A stretch of DNA of 64,000 nt. It comes from an uncultured Gemmatimonadales bacterium. GTDB taxonomy: Bacteria; Gemmatimonadota; Gemmatimonadetes; Longimicrobiales; RSA9. This document shows, in pieces, positions 1 through 7,787 of this stretch. The translations under genes and the position numbers were made by a program. The stretch is taken from assembly GCA_963816355.1 (NCBI GenBank), contig CAWFKH010000003.1:800001-864000 (forward strand). Reading direction: 5' to 3'. How positions within the stretch are numbered: position 1 is the stretch's first letter; each line of letters starts with the position of its first letter. The notes beneath the pieces were generated by a model. It did not search any database, was not told the origin of the DNA, and was given only the letters and a program-made list of their open reading frames with translations.

Positions 1-1
1 C

Positions 2-1651
2 GCGCCGGACGCGGATGTCCTGCTCTCGAGCGTGTTCCAGGGGGACCACTGCTTCCACGCCGAGGCGGGCGACTCGCTGGTCGGACTCGCCTTCGAGCCG
101 GCGCACGACCGCGACGTGCCCGAGATCGAGGGCGTGATGTGGCTCGATCCCCACTCCGCCGAGCTGCGGCGCGTCGACTTCCGCTACACGAAGCTGCCGT
201 GGAACGTGTCGCGCGAGGCGGTCGGCGGGCGCCTCGAGGTCGAGCGCCTCGTCAGCGGTCTCCACATCATCTCGCGCTGGCGCATCCGCATGCCGGTCGT
301 CGAGCTGCAGGACCGCAAGGAGAGCCGCCTCCCCGGCGGGCGCATCGCGTTTCAGGAGGCGCGGCTCGTCGGCATCGACGAGAAGGGCGGCATCGTCGGC
401 GGCGTCGTGGCGGGCGACGGCGCCAAGGAGTTCGCGGCGCGCACGGCGACGCTCGCGGGCGTCGCCTGGGACAGCGCGGGCGGTGGACCGCTGGCGGGTG
501 CGAAGATCGCGCTGCTCGGCACGCAGCACGTGATCGAGACCGGCGCCGACGGCTCCTTTCGCGCGAACGGGCTGCCGGATGGAACCTATTTCGTCTCCGT
601 GTCGCACCCGAAGCTGGACAGCCTCGGCATCGTGCCGCCGCTGCGGCCCATCGAGCTGAACCCCGGCGAAACGACCCGCATGGCGTTCGCCGTCCCGGCC
701 CGCCTCGCGCGGGCGCCGAGCGCGGCCGCGGGCGGCATCCATGTTGCCGGCCGTACGGTGGGGCGGGGGAGCACCGCCACCATCGAGGGGACGGTCGTCA
801 ACACCGACGGGCAGCCGATCGCCGGCGCCCAGGCGGCCATCGTGCTCGACGCGTCGGTCGGCAGGGAGGTGGGCGTCGTCAGCGACGACAGCGGGCACTT
901 CGCGCTGCCCGGAGTGCCCTCGGGCAAGCGCGTCCTCGCGGTGCGGCAGATCGGCTACGACGCGCGCTCGATCAGCCTCGACCTCGCCGCGGGCGAGTTT
1001 GTCCGCGTCGACGCCACGCTGCCGATCCATCCCGTCTCGATCGCCGGCCTCAGCGTCGTCAGCTCCCGCCCGGGTCACGTGCGCACCATCGCCGAGCACT
1101 TCGAGGACCGCCGTCGCCGGGGCGTCGGCTTCTTCATCGACCGCACGATGATCGAGGCGCGCCACCCCGCGTCGATCAGCGAGATGCTCGTGGCCGCTCC
1201 CGGCGTCAAGCGCGAGTGCAACTACAGCGTCGACGTCTCGCACGCCTGCATGGTCCGCTTCGCCGGCGCGCGCCAGACGGTCGGCATGCAGGATCCGATG
1301 CGCGGCCTTCAGGTCAATGCGAGGAAGGACTCCCTCTTCACGCCGGAGGGCGTCGGCAGAGCCGGCGGCGGCTTCACCAAGCCGGGCACCTTCCTCATGG
1401 ACGCCAAGACCGGCTGCCCGGTGCAGTATTACGTGGACGGCCTGCCGTTCCCGATAGACGACCAGTTCAACGCGATCGACCTCCAGATCAGCATGGTGGA
1501 CGTGCAGTCGATCGAGGTCTACCAGCCCGGCGAGGTCCCGGCGCAGTTCAGCGGCGGCCGCAACACGCGCTGCGGCGTGGTCGTCATCTGGACCGGGCGC
1601 GCGCGGCCCGGCGCCGCCGGCTCGGCGGCCGGCTCCGGGGGCGGTGCGTAG
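2..1651 (+). CDS. Carboxypeptidase-regulatory-like repeat protein with C-terminal TonB plug-like domain (5' partial)
   Basis: Frame is open from base 2 (APDADVLLSSVFQGDHCF). Two carboxypeptidase-regulatory-like beta domains (TGADGSF, SDDSGHF...VRQIGY) are followed by a plug-like end (VQYYVDG...SIEVY...CGVVVIWT). No beta-barrel. Confidence 0.7.
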   Translation, partial: APDADVLLSSVFQGDHCFHAEAGDSLVGLAFEPAHDRDVPEIEGVMWLDPHSAELRRVDFRYTKLPWNVSREAVGGRLEVERLVSGLHIISRWRIRMPVVELQDRKESRLPGGRIAFQEARLVGIDEKGGIVGGVVAGDGAKEFAARTATLAGVAWDSAGGGPLAGAKIALLGTQHVIETGADGSFRANGLPDGTYFVSVSHPKLDSLGIVPPLRPIELNPGETTRMAFAVPARLARAPSAAAGGIHVAGRTVGRGSTATIEGTVVNTDGQPIAGAQAAIVLDASVGREVGVVSDDSGHFALPGVPSGKRVLAVRQIGYDARSISLDLAAGEFVRVDATLPIHPVSIAGLSVVSSRPGHVRTIAEHFEDRRRRGVGFFIDRTMIEARHPASISEMLVAAPGVKRECNYSVDVSHACMVRFAGARQTVGMQDPMRGLQVNARKDSLFTPEGVGRAGGGFTKPGTFLMDAKTGCPVQYYVDGLPFPIDDQFNAIDLQISMVDVQSIEVYQPGEVPAQFSGGRNTRCGVVVIWTGRARPGAAGSAAGSGGGA

Positions 1652-1753
1652 CGGCGCGTAGCAGCGCGGGGGCGGTCCGGGGAGCGTCGTCGTCCCGGCG
1701 TCGCGGGCGCGGGTCCCTCGGGTGGCACGAGGCAGGTCGAACGGCGCGATCCG

Positions 1754-2633
1754 CTACAGCCGGAAGCTCTGCAGCAGCCGCTTCTCGCTCTCGCCCTCGA
1801 TGTGCGCTTCGACCTCGAAGTACGCCTCGAGGCCGCTGCCGGCGAGCTTGTCACGGAAGAGTTGATCGACCTGGAAGACGCCCGCCGAGTTGGACATCTC
1901 GATCACCAGCCGGATCGGCACGCTCGCACCCTTTTCGATGCTGACGCTCTCGATCGCGGCCGCGGAGATCGAGTGGATGCTCGTCGACCCCGCGCGGAAG
2001 CTGATGCGCGAGCGCCCCTTCGCCATGTCGAGCGCGTCGGCGATGCGGACCACGCCCGCCTCCAGCGTCAACGGCTTGCCGCCCGAGCGGTGCGCGATGA
2101 TCGCGTGCAGGATCTCGGAGCGCACCGCGGTGGCGGTGCGGACGTCGTAGATCTCGGCGAGCAGCTCACGCAGCTTGTCCTGGATCACGAAGAGCGAGAA
2201 GCCCTCGTGGTCGGCGCGGTGGATCGACATGCCGAGGTCGTGGAACAGCGAGGCGAGCGCGACGACGACCTCGGCGTCCTGCGTCGACAGCGCGTAGTTG
2301 CGCGCGACCGACGGCTCGATGCCGGCGTCGACCAGCAGCCGCAGCAGCTTCACGGCGATGTTGGTGACGATCTTGACGTGGACCGGGCCGTGGTCCGTCA
2401 TCCCGAGCCGCTCCATCGCGTTCACGTTCGCGACGAGCCAGAGCGCGTACAGCTCGTCGTCCGCGTTGATCAGCTCCAGAAGCCGTCGCAGCTTGGGATT
2501 GTGCCGATCCGGGCACCGTCATCTCGACGCGGTGCTCGAAGCGCTCCGGGATCGTGCGCGGAGCGACGCCGGTGGGCACGTCCCCGCCGGCCTGCGTCGG
2601 GTCCGTCGCGAAGCCGCCGGTTTCCTCGCTCAC
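1754..2633 (-). CDS. HD-domain phosphohydrolase (COG3294-like), one +1 frameshift near 2510
   Basis: Motifs DHGPVH, FHDLG, IIAH, IADALD. GTG at 2633 follows GGAGGAGGAGGA. The N-terminal frame (VSEETGG...EMTVP) joins DRHNPKLRRLLELIN...NVNAMERLG only if one base at ~2510 is removed. Confidence 0.75.
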
Positions 2634-2747
2634 TCCTCCTCCTCCCGCCCGTGCGAGCGGCCCGTCCGACGCGGACGCACGCGGCTTGCAGTCCGTACGA
2701 AGGCTACGATTCCTTCCATCGATCGAACCTCGCAGCGAGAGTGAGCC

Positions 2748-3119
2748 GTGGCAACTACACAGAAGGGCCCGCATCCACGCCGGCGCGCGCTGGACATGCA
2801 ACGCGAGATCCGCGCCTTCCTCGACGACCACCCGGACGGCTGGAGCCATCAGGCGTGGAGCGGTTTTCTCGACCGTCTGCGCGCGGAGGGCTACGACACC
2901 AGCGATCCGGACGCGATCGGCCACCGACTCGAGGGAGCGCGCCTCGCCCGCTTCCTCGAGCACCTCGGCGTGCACGGCCTCGGCCCCCGCCGTCGTGAGG
3001 CGCTCGTGGACCGCTTCGGCACCCTCTGGAAGCTGCGCCATGCCGGCGAGGAGGAGATCGGCGGCACGCCGGGAATCACCGCTCCCCTCGCGCGCGAGAT
3101 CCGCGGCGCCCTCGGCTGA
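2748..3119 (+). CDS. Small protein with C-terminal tandem helix-hairpin-helix (UvrC C-terminus-like)
   Basis: VHGLGPRRREALVDRFGTLWKLRHAGEEEIGGTPGITAPLAREI fits the (HhH)2 pattern. Confidence 0.65.
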   Translation: MATTQKGPHPRRRALDMQREIRAFLDDHPDGWSHQAWSGFLDRLRAEGYDTSDPDAIGHRLEGARLARFLEHLGVHGLGPRRREALVDRFGTLWKLRHAGEEEIGGTPGITAPLAREIRGALG

Positions 3120-3359
3120 GCGCCGGGCCGCCTTCGGCCCCTGCCGCGGTGCCGCCGGCCGGGCACCGCGGTCCGCTGGCGAGCGCTTCGCGGCGGCGCC
3201 CTCGGCGGAGCCTCGCCAGGGCGCCGCGGGCGTCGGTGCCCGCCGGTTGCTGGCGCCGCGCGGCGTCGTTTACTTTCCCCACGTCCGCGGCCGCTTTCGG
3301 CGGCCGACGCGATCCCTGGCAGAGCCCCGACCGCCGCCGCGGTCCGAACCGGTGAGACG

Positions 3360-5297
3360 ATGAGCGCCGCGACCGACGAGATGATCCGGGTCACCCTCCC
3401 GGACGGCAAGGTGATCGAGGTGCCGCGCGGCGCCACCGCCCGCGACGTGGCCGAGCGCATCGGCCCCGGCCTGGCCCGTGCGGCGCTCGCGGCGCGTGTG
3501 GACGGGCGTGTCGTGGACCTGTTCCAGCCGATCGAGCGAGACGTGTCGCTCGCCATCCTCACCGAGCGCGATCCGCAGGCGCTCGACGTGCTGCGCCACT
3601 CCGCGGCGCACGTGCTGGCGGCCGCCGTTCGGGAGGTGCGGCCGGGCGCCGGCATCGGCTTCGGGCCGGCGATCGAGGATGGCTTCTACTACGACTTCGA
3701 GGTCGAGGAGCCGTTCACGCCGGAGGAGCTCGAGCGGATCGAGGAGCGCATGCGCGGCATCGGCGCGCGCGACGAGCCGTTCGAGCGGCGCGCCGTCACG
3801 AAGGAGGAGGCCCGGCGCCTGTTCGCCGACGACCCGCTCAAGCTCGAGCGGCTCGAGGAGCTGGGCGACGACGAGGTGATCACCGTCTACCGCAACGGCC
3901 CCTTCCTCGACCTCTGCCGCGGTCCGCACGTGCCCTCCACCGGGCGCGTGCGCAGCGTCAAGCTGCTCTCGACCGCCGGCGCGTACTGGCGCGGCGACGA
4001 GAAGCGCCAGATGCTGCAGCGCATCTACGGCACCGCCTGGTTCAGCGACAAGGACCTGAACGCGTACCTCGAGCGCATCGAGGAGGCGAAGCGCCGCGAT
4101 CACCGCCGCCTCGGCCGCGAGCTCGACCTCTTCCTCTTCCACCCCTTCGCGCCCGGCGCCGCCTTCTGGACCGACCGCGGCACCACCATCTTCATGCTCC
4201 TCGAGGGATGGATGCGCTCCACCCTCGCCGACAACGGCTACCGGATCGTCAAGACCCCGCTCCTCTACAACAAGGCGCTCTGGGAGATCTCCGGCCACTG
4301 GGGCAAGTACCGCGAGAACATGTTCCTCGTCCTCGACAAGGAGAGCGGCGAGCCGGACTTCTCCCTCAAGCCGATGAACTGTCCGTCGCACTACCTGCTC
4401 TACGCCTCGCGCAAGCACTCCTATCGCGAGTTGCCCATCCGCTACGCCACCCAGGACGTGCTGCACCGCAACGAGGTAACCGGCGCCCTCAGCGGCCTCA
4501 CCCGCGTGCGCCAGTTCCAGCAGGACGACGCCCACATCTTCCTCGCCCCGGACCAGATCGTGGACGAGGTGCAGCGCCTCGTGCGCCTCCTCGACTACTT
4601 CTACGAGACCCTCGGCCTCGCCTACACCGCCAACTTCTCCACCCGCCCCGCACAGCGTATCGGCGACGACGCCACGTGGGATCGCGCCGAAGCCGACCTC
4701 CGCAGCGCGCTCGAAGCCACCGGCCTCGACTACGAGGAGAAGGCCGGCGAGGGCGCCTTCTACGGACCCAAGATCGACTTCGACGTCGCCGACTCGCTCG
4801 GCCGCAAGTGGCAGCTCGGCACGATCCAGCTCGACTACGGCAATCCGGAACGCTTCGACCTCACCTACGCGGGCGAAGACAACCACGAGCACCGGCCCGT
4901 CGTCATCCACCGCGCCATCTTCGGCTCCTTCGAGCGCTTCATCGCCATCCTCATCGAGCACTTCGCCGGCGCCTTCCCGCTCTGGCTCGCGCCGGAGCAG
5001 GTGCGCGTGCTGCCCATCACGGACGACGTCGCCGCTTCCGCACGCGAGCTCGCCGACGCGCTGCGCGACGCCGGCATCCGCGTCCATCTCGACGACCGCT
5101 CCGAGACCCTCGGCTACCGCATCCGCGAGGCGGAGACGCAGAAGATCCCCTACATGGCGGTCGTGGGGAAGCGCGAGGCCGAATCCGGGCAGGTCGCTGT
5201 CCGCCGCCACGGCGCCGGCGCCAAACAAGAGGTCGTTTCGCGCGATGCGTTCCTGGAGCGCTTGCGCGCCGAGGTGTCGAGCCGGGCCCTCGGGTAG
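3360..5297 (+). CDS. thrS: Threonine--tRNA ligase
   Basis: TGS domain, RHSAAH, DLCRGPH, KPMNCP, GAFYGPKID, IHRAIFGSFERF. Confidence 0.98.
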   Translation: MSAATDEMIRVTLPDGKVIEVPRGATARDVAERIGPGLARAALAARVDGRVVDLFQPIERDVSLAILTERDPQALDVLRHSAAHVLAAAVREVRPGAGIGFGPAIEDGFYYDFEVEEPFTPEELERIEERMRGIGARDEPFERRAVTKEEARRLFADDPLKLERLEELGDDEVITVYRNGPFLDLCRGPHVPSTGRVRSVKLLSTAGAYWRGDEKRQMLQRIYGTAWFSDKDLNAYLERIEEAKRRDHRRLGRELDLFLFHPFAPGAAFWTDRGTTIFMLLEGWMRSTLADNGYRIVKTPLLYNKALWEISGHWGKYRENMFLVLDKESGEPDFSLKPMNCPSHYLLYASRKHSYRELPIRYATQDVLHRNEVTGALSGLTRVRQFQQDDAHIFLAPDQIVDEVQRLVRLLDYFYETLGLAYTANFSTRPAQRIGDDATWDRAEADLRSALEATGLDYEEKAGEGAFYGPKIDFDVADSLGRKWQLGTIQLDYGNPERFDLTYAGEDNHEHRPVVIHRAIFGSFERFIAILIEHFAGAFPLWLAPEQVRVLPITDDVAASARELADALRDAGIRVHLDDRSETLGYRIREAETQKIPYMAVVGKREAESGQVAVRRHGAGAKQEVVSRDAFLERLRAEVSSRALG

Positions 5298-5332
5298 GGA
5301 GGGCGCTCGCTGCCCCTCGCTCAGCGCCCTCC
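5298..5332 (+). terminator. Stem-loop after thrS
   Basis: GGAGGGCGCT...AGCGCCCTCC inverted repeat directly after the stop; no U-tract. Confidence 0.4.
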
Positions 5333-5337
5333 ACGTC

Positions 5338-5366
5338 TTGACAAAGGACTGCTTCTCGCCTAAACT
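5338..5366 (+). promoter_or_regulatory. Sigma70 promoter for infC-rpmI-rplT
   Basis: TTGACA-17 nt-TAAACT. Confidence 0.8.
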
Positions 5367-5372
5367 CCCGCC

Positions 5373-5530
5373 CTTGTACGATGCGAAGCGGGGGGCTCCG
5401 CGCCTTCCCACCTTTCGGTCCGCGTTCGCGCGGCACTGCCGGGTCTGCGACGTCGTTCCCGCCTCGGAAGGCTCCCGGGCGGATCTCTTCGCGGGCCCGC
5501 GTGTGCGGGTCCGCAATTTTTGTCTCTTTT
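5373..5530 (+). promoter_or_regulatory. Structured 5' leader/attenuator of infC (L20-leader-like)
   Basis: Leader contains CCGCGCCTTCCCACCT and ends in hairpin GCGGGCCCGC-GTGT-GCGGGTCCGC (5491-5514) followed by AATTTTTGTCTCTTTT, just before the RBS. Confidence 0.55.
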
Positions 5531-5545
5531 CCGGGAGGCGTCGTC

Positions 5546-6061
5546 ATATCCACGGACAAGCGCGTACGCGTGAACCGACAGATCCGGATCAGTCCCGTTC
5601 GCGTGGTGGACGAGGAAGGGGAGCAGTTGGGGATTCTGCCCGTCGAGCAGGCGGTCACGCTCGCCGAGGAGCGTGGCCTGGATCTCGTCGAGGTGGCGCC
5701 GACCGCGCGGCCGCCCGTCTGCCGGATCATGGATTACGGCAAGTTCAAGTATGAAGAGGCGCGCAAGGCCCGGAAGGCGCGAAAGAAGCAGCACCAAGTC
5801 CAGATCAAGGAAGTGAAGTTCCGCCCCGGCATCGAGGAGCACGACTTCGAGTTCAAGATCCGGCACGCGCGGCGCTTTCTCGAGGAAGGCAACAAGGTCA
5901 AGGCGACGATGATGTTCCGCGGGCGCCAGGTCGCTCACGCGGACATCGGGCGCCAGGTCCTCGCCCGCGTCGCCGCCGTCCTCGACGACGTCGGCAAGGT
6001 CGAGAGCGATCCGGCCCTCGAGGGCCGCAACATGACGATGATCGTCGCGCCGCGGCGGTAG
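5546..6061 (+). CDS. infC: Translation initiation factor IF-3 (ATA start)
   Basis: RVNRQIRISPVRVV, PPVCRIMDYGKFKY, KEVKFRPGI; GGGAGG lies 7 nt before an in-frame ATA. Confidence 0.95.
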   Translation: MSTDKRVRVNRQIRISPVRVVDEEGEQLGILPVEQAVTLAEERGLDLVEVAPTARPPVCRIMDYGKFKYEEARKARKARKKQHQVQIKEVKFRPGIEEHDFEFKIRHARRFLEEGNKVKATMMFRGRQVAHADIGRQVLARVAAVLDDVGKVESDPALEGRNMTMIVAPRR

Positions 6062-6079
6062 CGATCGAATGGAGGAAGC

Positions 6080-6274
6080 ATGCCGAAGATGAAGACCAAC
6101 CGGAGCGCCGCGAAGCGCTTCCGCGTCACGGGGAAGGGGCGTGTTCGGCGCTTTCAGGCGAACAAGAGCCACATCCTCACCAAGAAGACCGCCAAGCGGA
6201 AGCGCCACCTGCGGGGCGGCGCGATGGTCGCGAAGGCGGACGAGAAGCGCGTCAAGCGCATGCTCGGAGTGTAG
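6080..6274 (+). CDS. rpmI: 50S ribosomal protein L35
   Basis: [14 protein letters not shown]...HILTKK; synteny. Confidence 0.98.
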   Translation: MPKMKTNRSAAKRFRVTGKGRVRRFQANKSHILTKKTAKRKRHLRGGAMVAKADEKRVKRMLGV

Positions 6275-6277
6275 CGG

Positions 6278-6634
6278 ATGCCTCGCGCAACGAACGCCGT
6301 CGCACGGCACCGCAAGAAGAAGCGCTACCTGAAGGCCGCAAAGGGCTACTGGGGTGCGCGCTCGAAGCTGTGGCGGATCGCGAAGAACGCGGTCGAGCGC
6401 GGCTGGGCCTACTCGTACCGGGACCGCAAGCAGCGCAAGCGCGAGATGCGCCGCCTCTGGATCACGCGGATCAACGCCGCATCGAGACAGCACGACGTCA
6501 GCTACTCCCGCCTCATCAACGGTCTGAAGCAGGCGGGCGTCGAGGTCAATCGCAAGGTGCTCGCGGATCTCGCGGTGCACGATCCGGCCGCGTTCGGCGC
6601 CGTCGTCGAGCAGGCGAAGGCGCACCTCGGCTGA
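6278..6634 (+). CDS. rplT: 50S ribosomal protein L20
   Basis: [36 protein letters not shown]. Confidence 0.98.
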   Translation: MPRATNAVARHRKKKRYLKAAKGYWGARSKLWRIAKNAVERGWAYSYRDRKQRKREMRRLWITRINAASRQHDVSYSRLINGLKQAGVEVNRKVLADLAVHDPAAFGAVVEQAKAHLG

Positions 6635-6754
6635 GTTGCGGGGTCGGCGCCGCGACCGGGCCGCGGAAGTCCCGCGGCCCCTCGCCCCCGTCCACCGGCG
6701 TCCTCTGCCCGCCTCGCGGGCCGATACGCCCGCCCCATCCACGGCATCCGAACG

Positions 6755-7780
6755 ATGACGCGCGACCTCGTCCAAGAGCTGCAGTCGCTCGAAACCGAAG
6801 CGGCGGCCGCCATCGAGCGCGCCGCTTCCGCCGATTCGCTCGAAGAGATCCGCGTCCGCTTCCTCGGCCGCCGCGATGGCCGCATCACCGGCGTGCTCAA
6901 GCTCCTCGGATCGCTCCCGCCCGATGCGCGCCCCGCCGTCGGCGCCGAGGCGAACCGTGTCAAGGAGGCGGTCACCTCGCTGCTCGAGTCGCGCCAGGCC
7001 GCGCTCGCCGACGAAGTCGACGCCGGATCCTCGCTCGACCTTTCGCTGCCCGGCCGTCGCGCCTGGCGTGGCGCCGTGCACCCCGTCCTCCAGGTGATCG
7101 ACGAGATCTGCGACGTCCTGGCCTCGCTCGGCTTCACGCGCGCCCGCGGCCCCGAGGCCGAGACCGAGTGGTACAACTTCGTCGCCCTCAACACGCCGCT
7201 CGACCACCCGGCCGCTGACGAGCACGACACGTTCTACATCGACGACGGCGTCGTCCTGCGCAGCCACACCTCGCCGGTCCAGATCCGGACGATGCAGGCA
7301 TTCCAGCCACCGATCCGCGTCGCTATCCCGGGCATGTGCTACCGGCGCGACCCCTACGATGCCTCGCACGCACCCGCCTTCGACCAGATCGAGGGACTCG
7401 CCGTGGACGAGGGCATCTCCTTCGTCGACCTGCGCGCCACCCTCGCCGAGTTCGCGCGCCGCTTCTTCGGACCCGACGTCCACGTCCGCTTCCGGCCGTC
7501 CTACTTCCCCTTCACCGAGCCGAGCGCCGAAGTCGACGTGAGCTGCACCCTCTGCCGCGGCGCCGGCTGCAGCACGTGCAAGGGGACCGGCTGGATCGAG
7601 ATCATGGGCGCCGGCATGGTCGATCCCGCCGTCTTCGAGCGCGTCGGCTACGACGCCGAACGCTACACCGGCTTCGCCTTCGGCATGGGGCCCGGGCGCA
7701 TCGCCATCCTGCGCTACGGCATCCCTGACATCCGTCTCTTCTACGAGTCGGACGTCCGCTTCCTGCGCCAGTTCTCCTGA
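6755..7780 (+). CDS. pheS: Phenylalanine--tRNA ligase alpha subunit
   Basis: LRSHTSPVQIR, FRPSYFPFTEPS, GFAFGMG. Confidence 0.98.
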   Translation: MTRDLVQELQSLETEAAAAIERAASADSLEEIRVRFLGRRDGRITGVLKLLGSLPPDARPAVGAEANRVKEAVTSLLESRQAALADEVDAGSSLDLSLPGRRAWRGAVHPVLQVIDEICDVLASLGFTRARGPEAETEWYNFVALNTPLDHPAADEHDTFYIDDGVVLRSHTSPVQIRTMQAFQPPIRVAIPGMCYRRDPYDASHAPAFDQIEGLAVDEGISFVDLRATLAEFARRFFGPDVHVRFRPSYFPFTEPSAEVDVSCTLCRGAGCSTCKGTGWIEIMGAGMVDPAVFERVGYDAERYTGFAFGMGPGRIAILRYGIPDIRLFYESDVRFLRQFS

Positions 7781-7787
7781 GGCCGCA

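Noticed and set aside
2676..2691. Sigma54 promoter before the HhH gene (CGCACGCGGCTTGCA)
   Set aside because: The -24 dinucleotide is CG, not the invariant GG
3120..3359. T-box leader for thrS
   Set aside because: No T-box consensus or U-tailed terminator; only GC-rich stems
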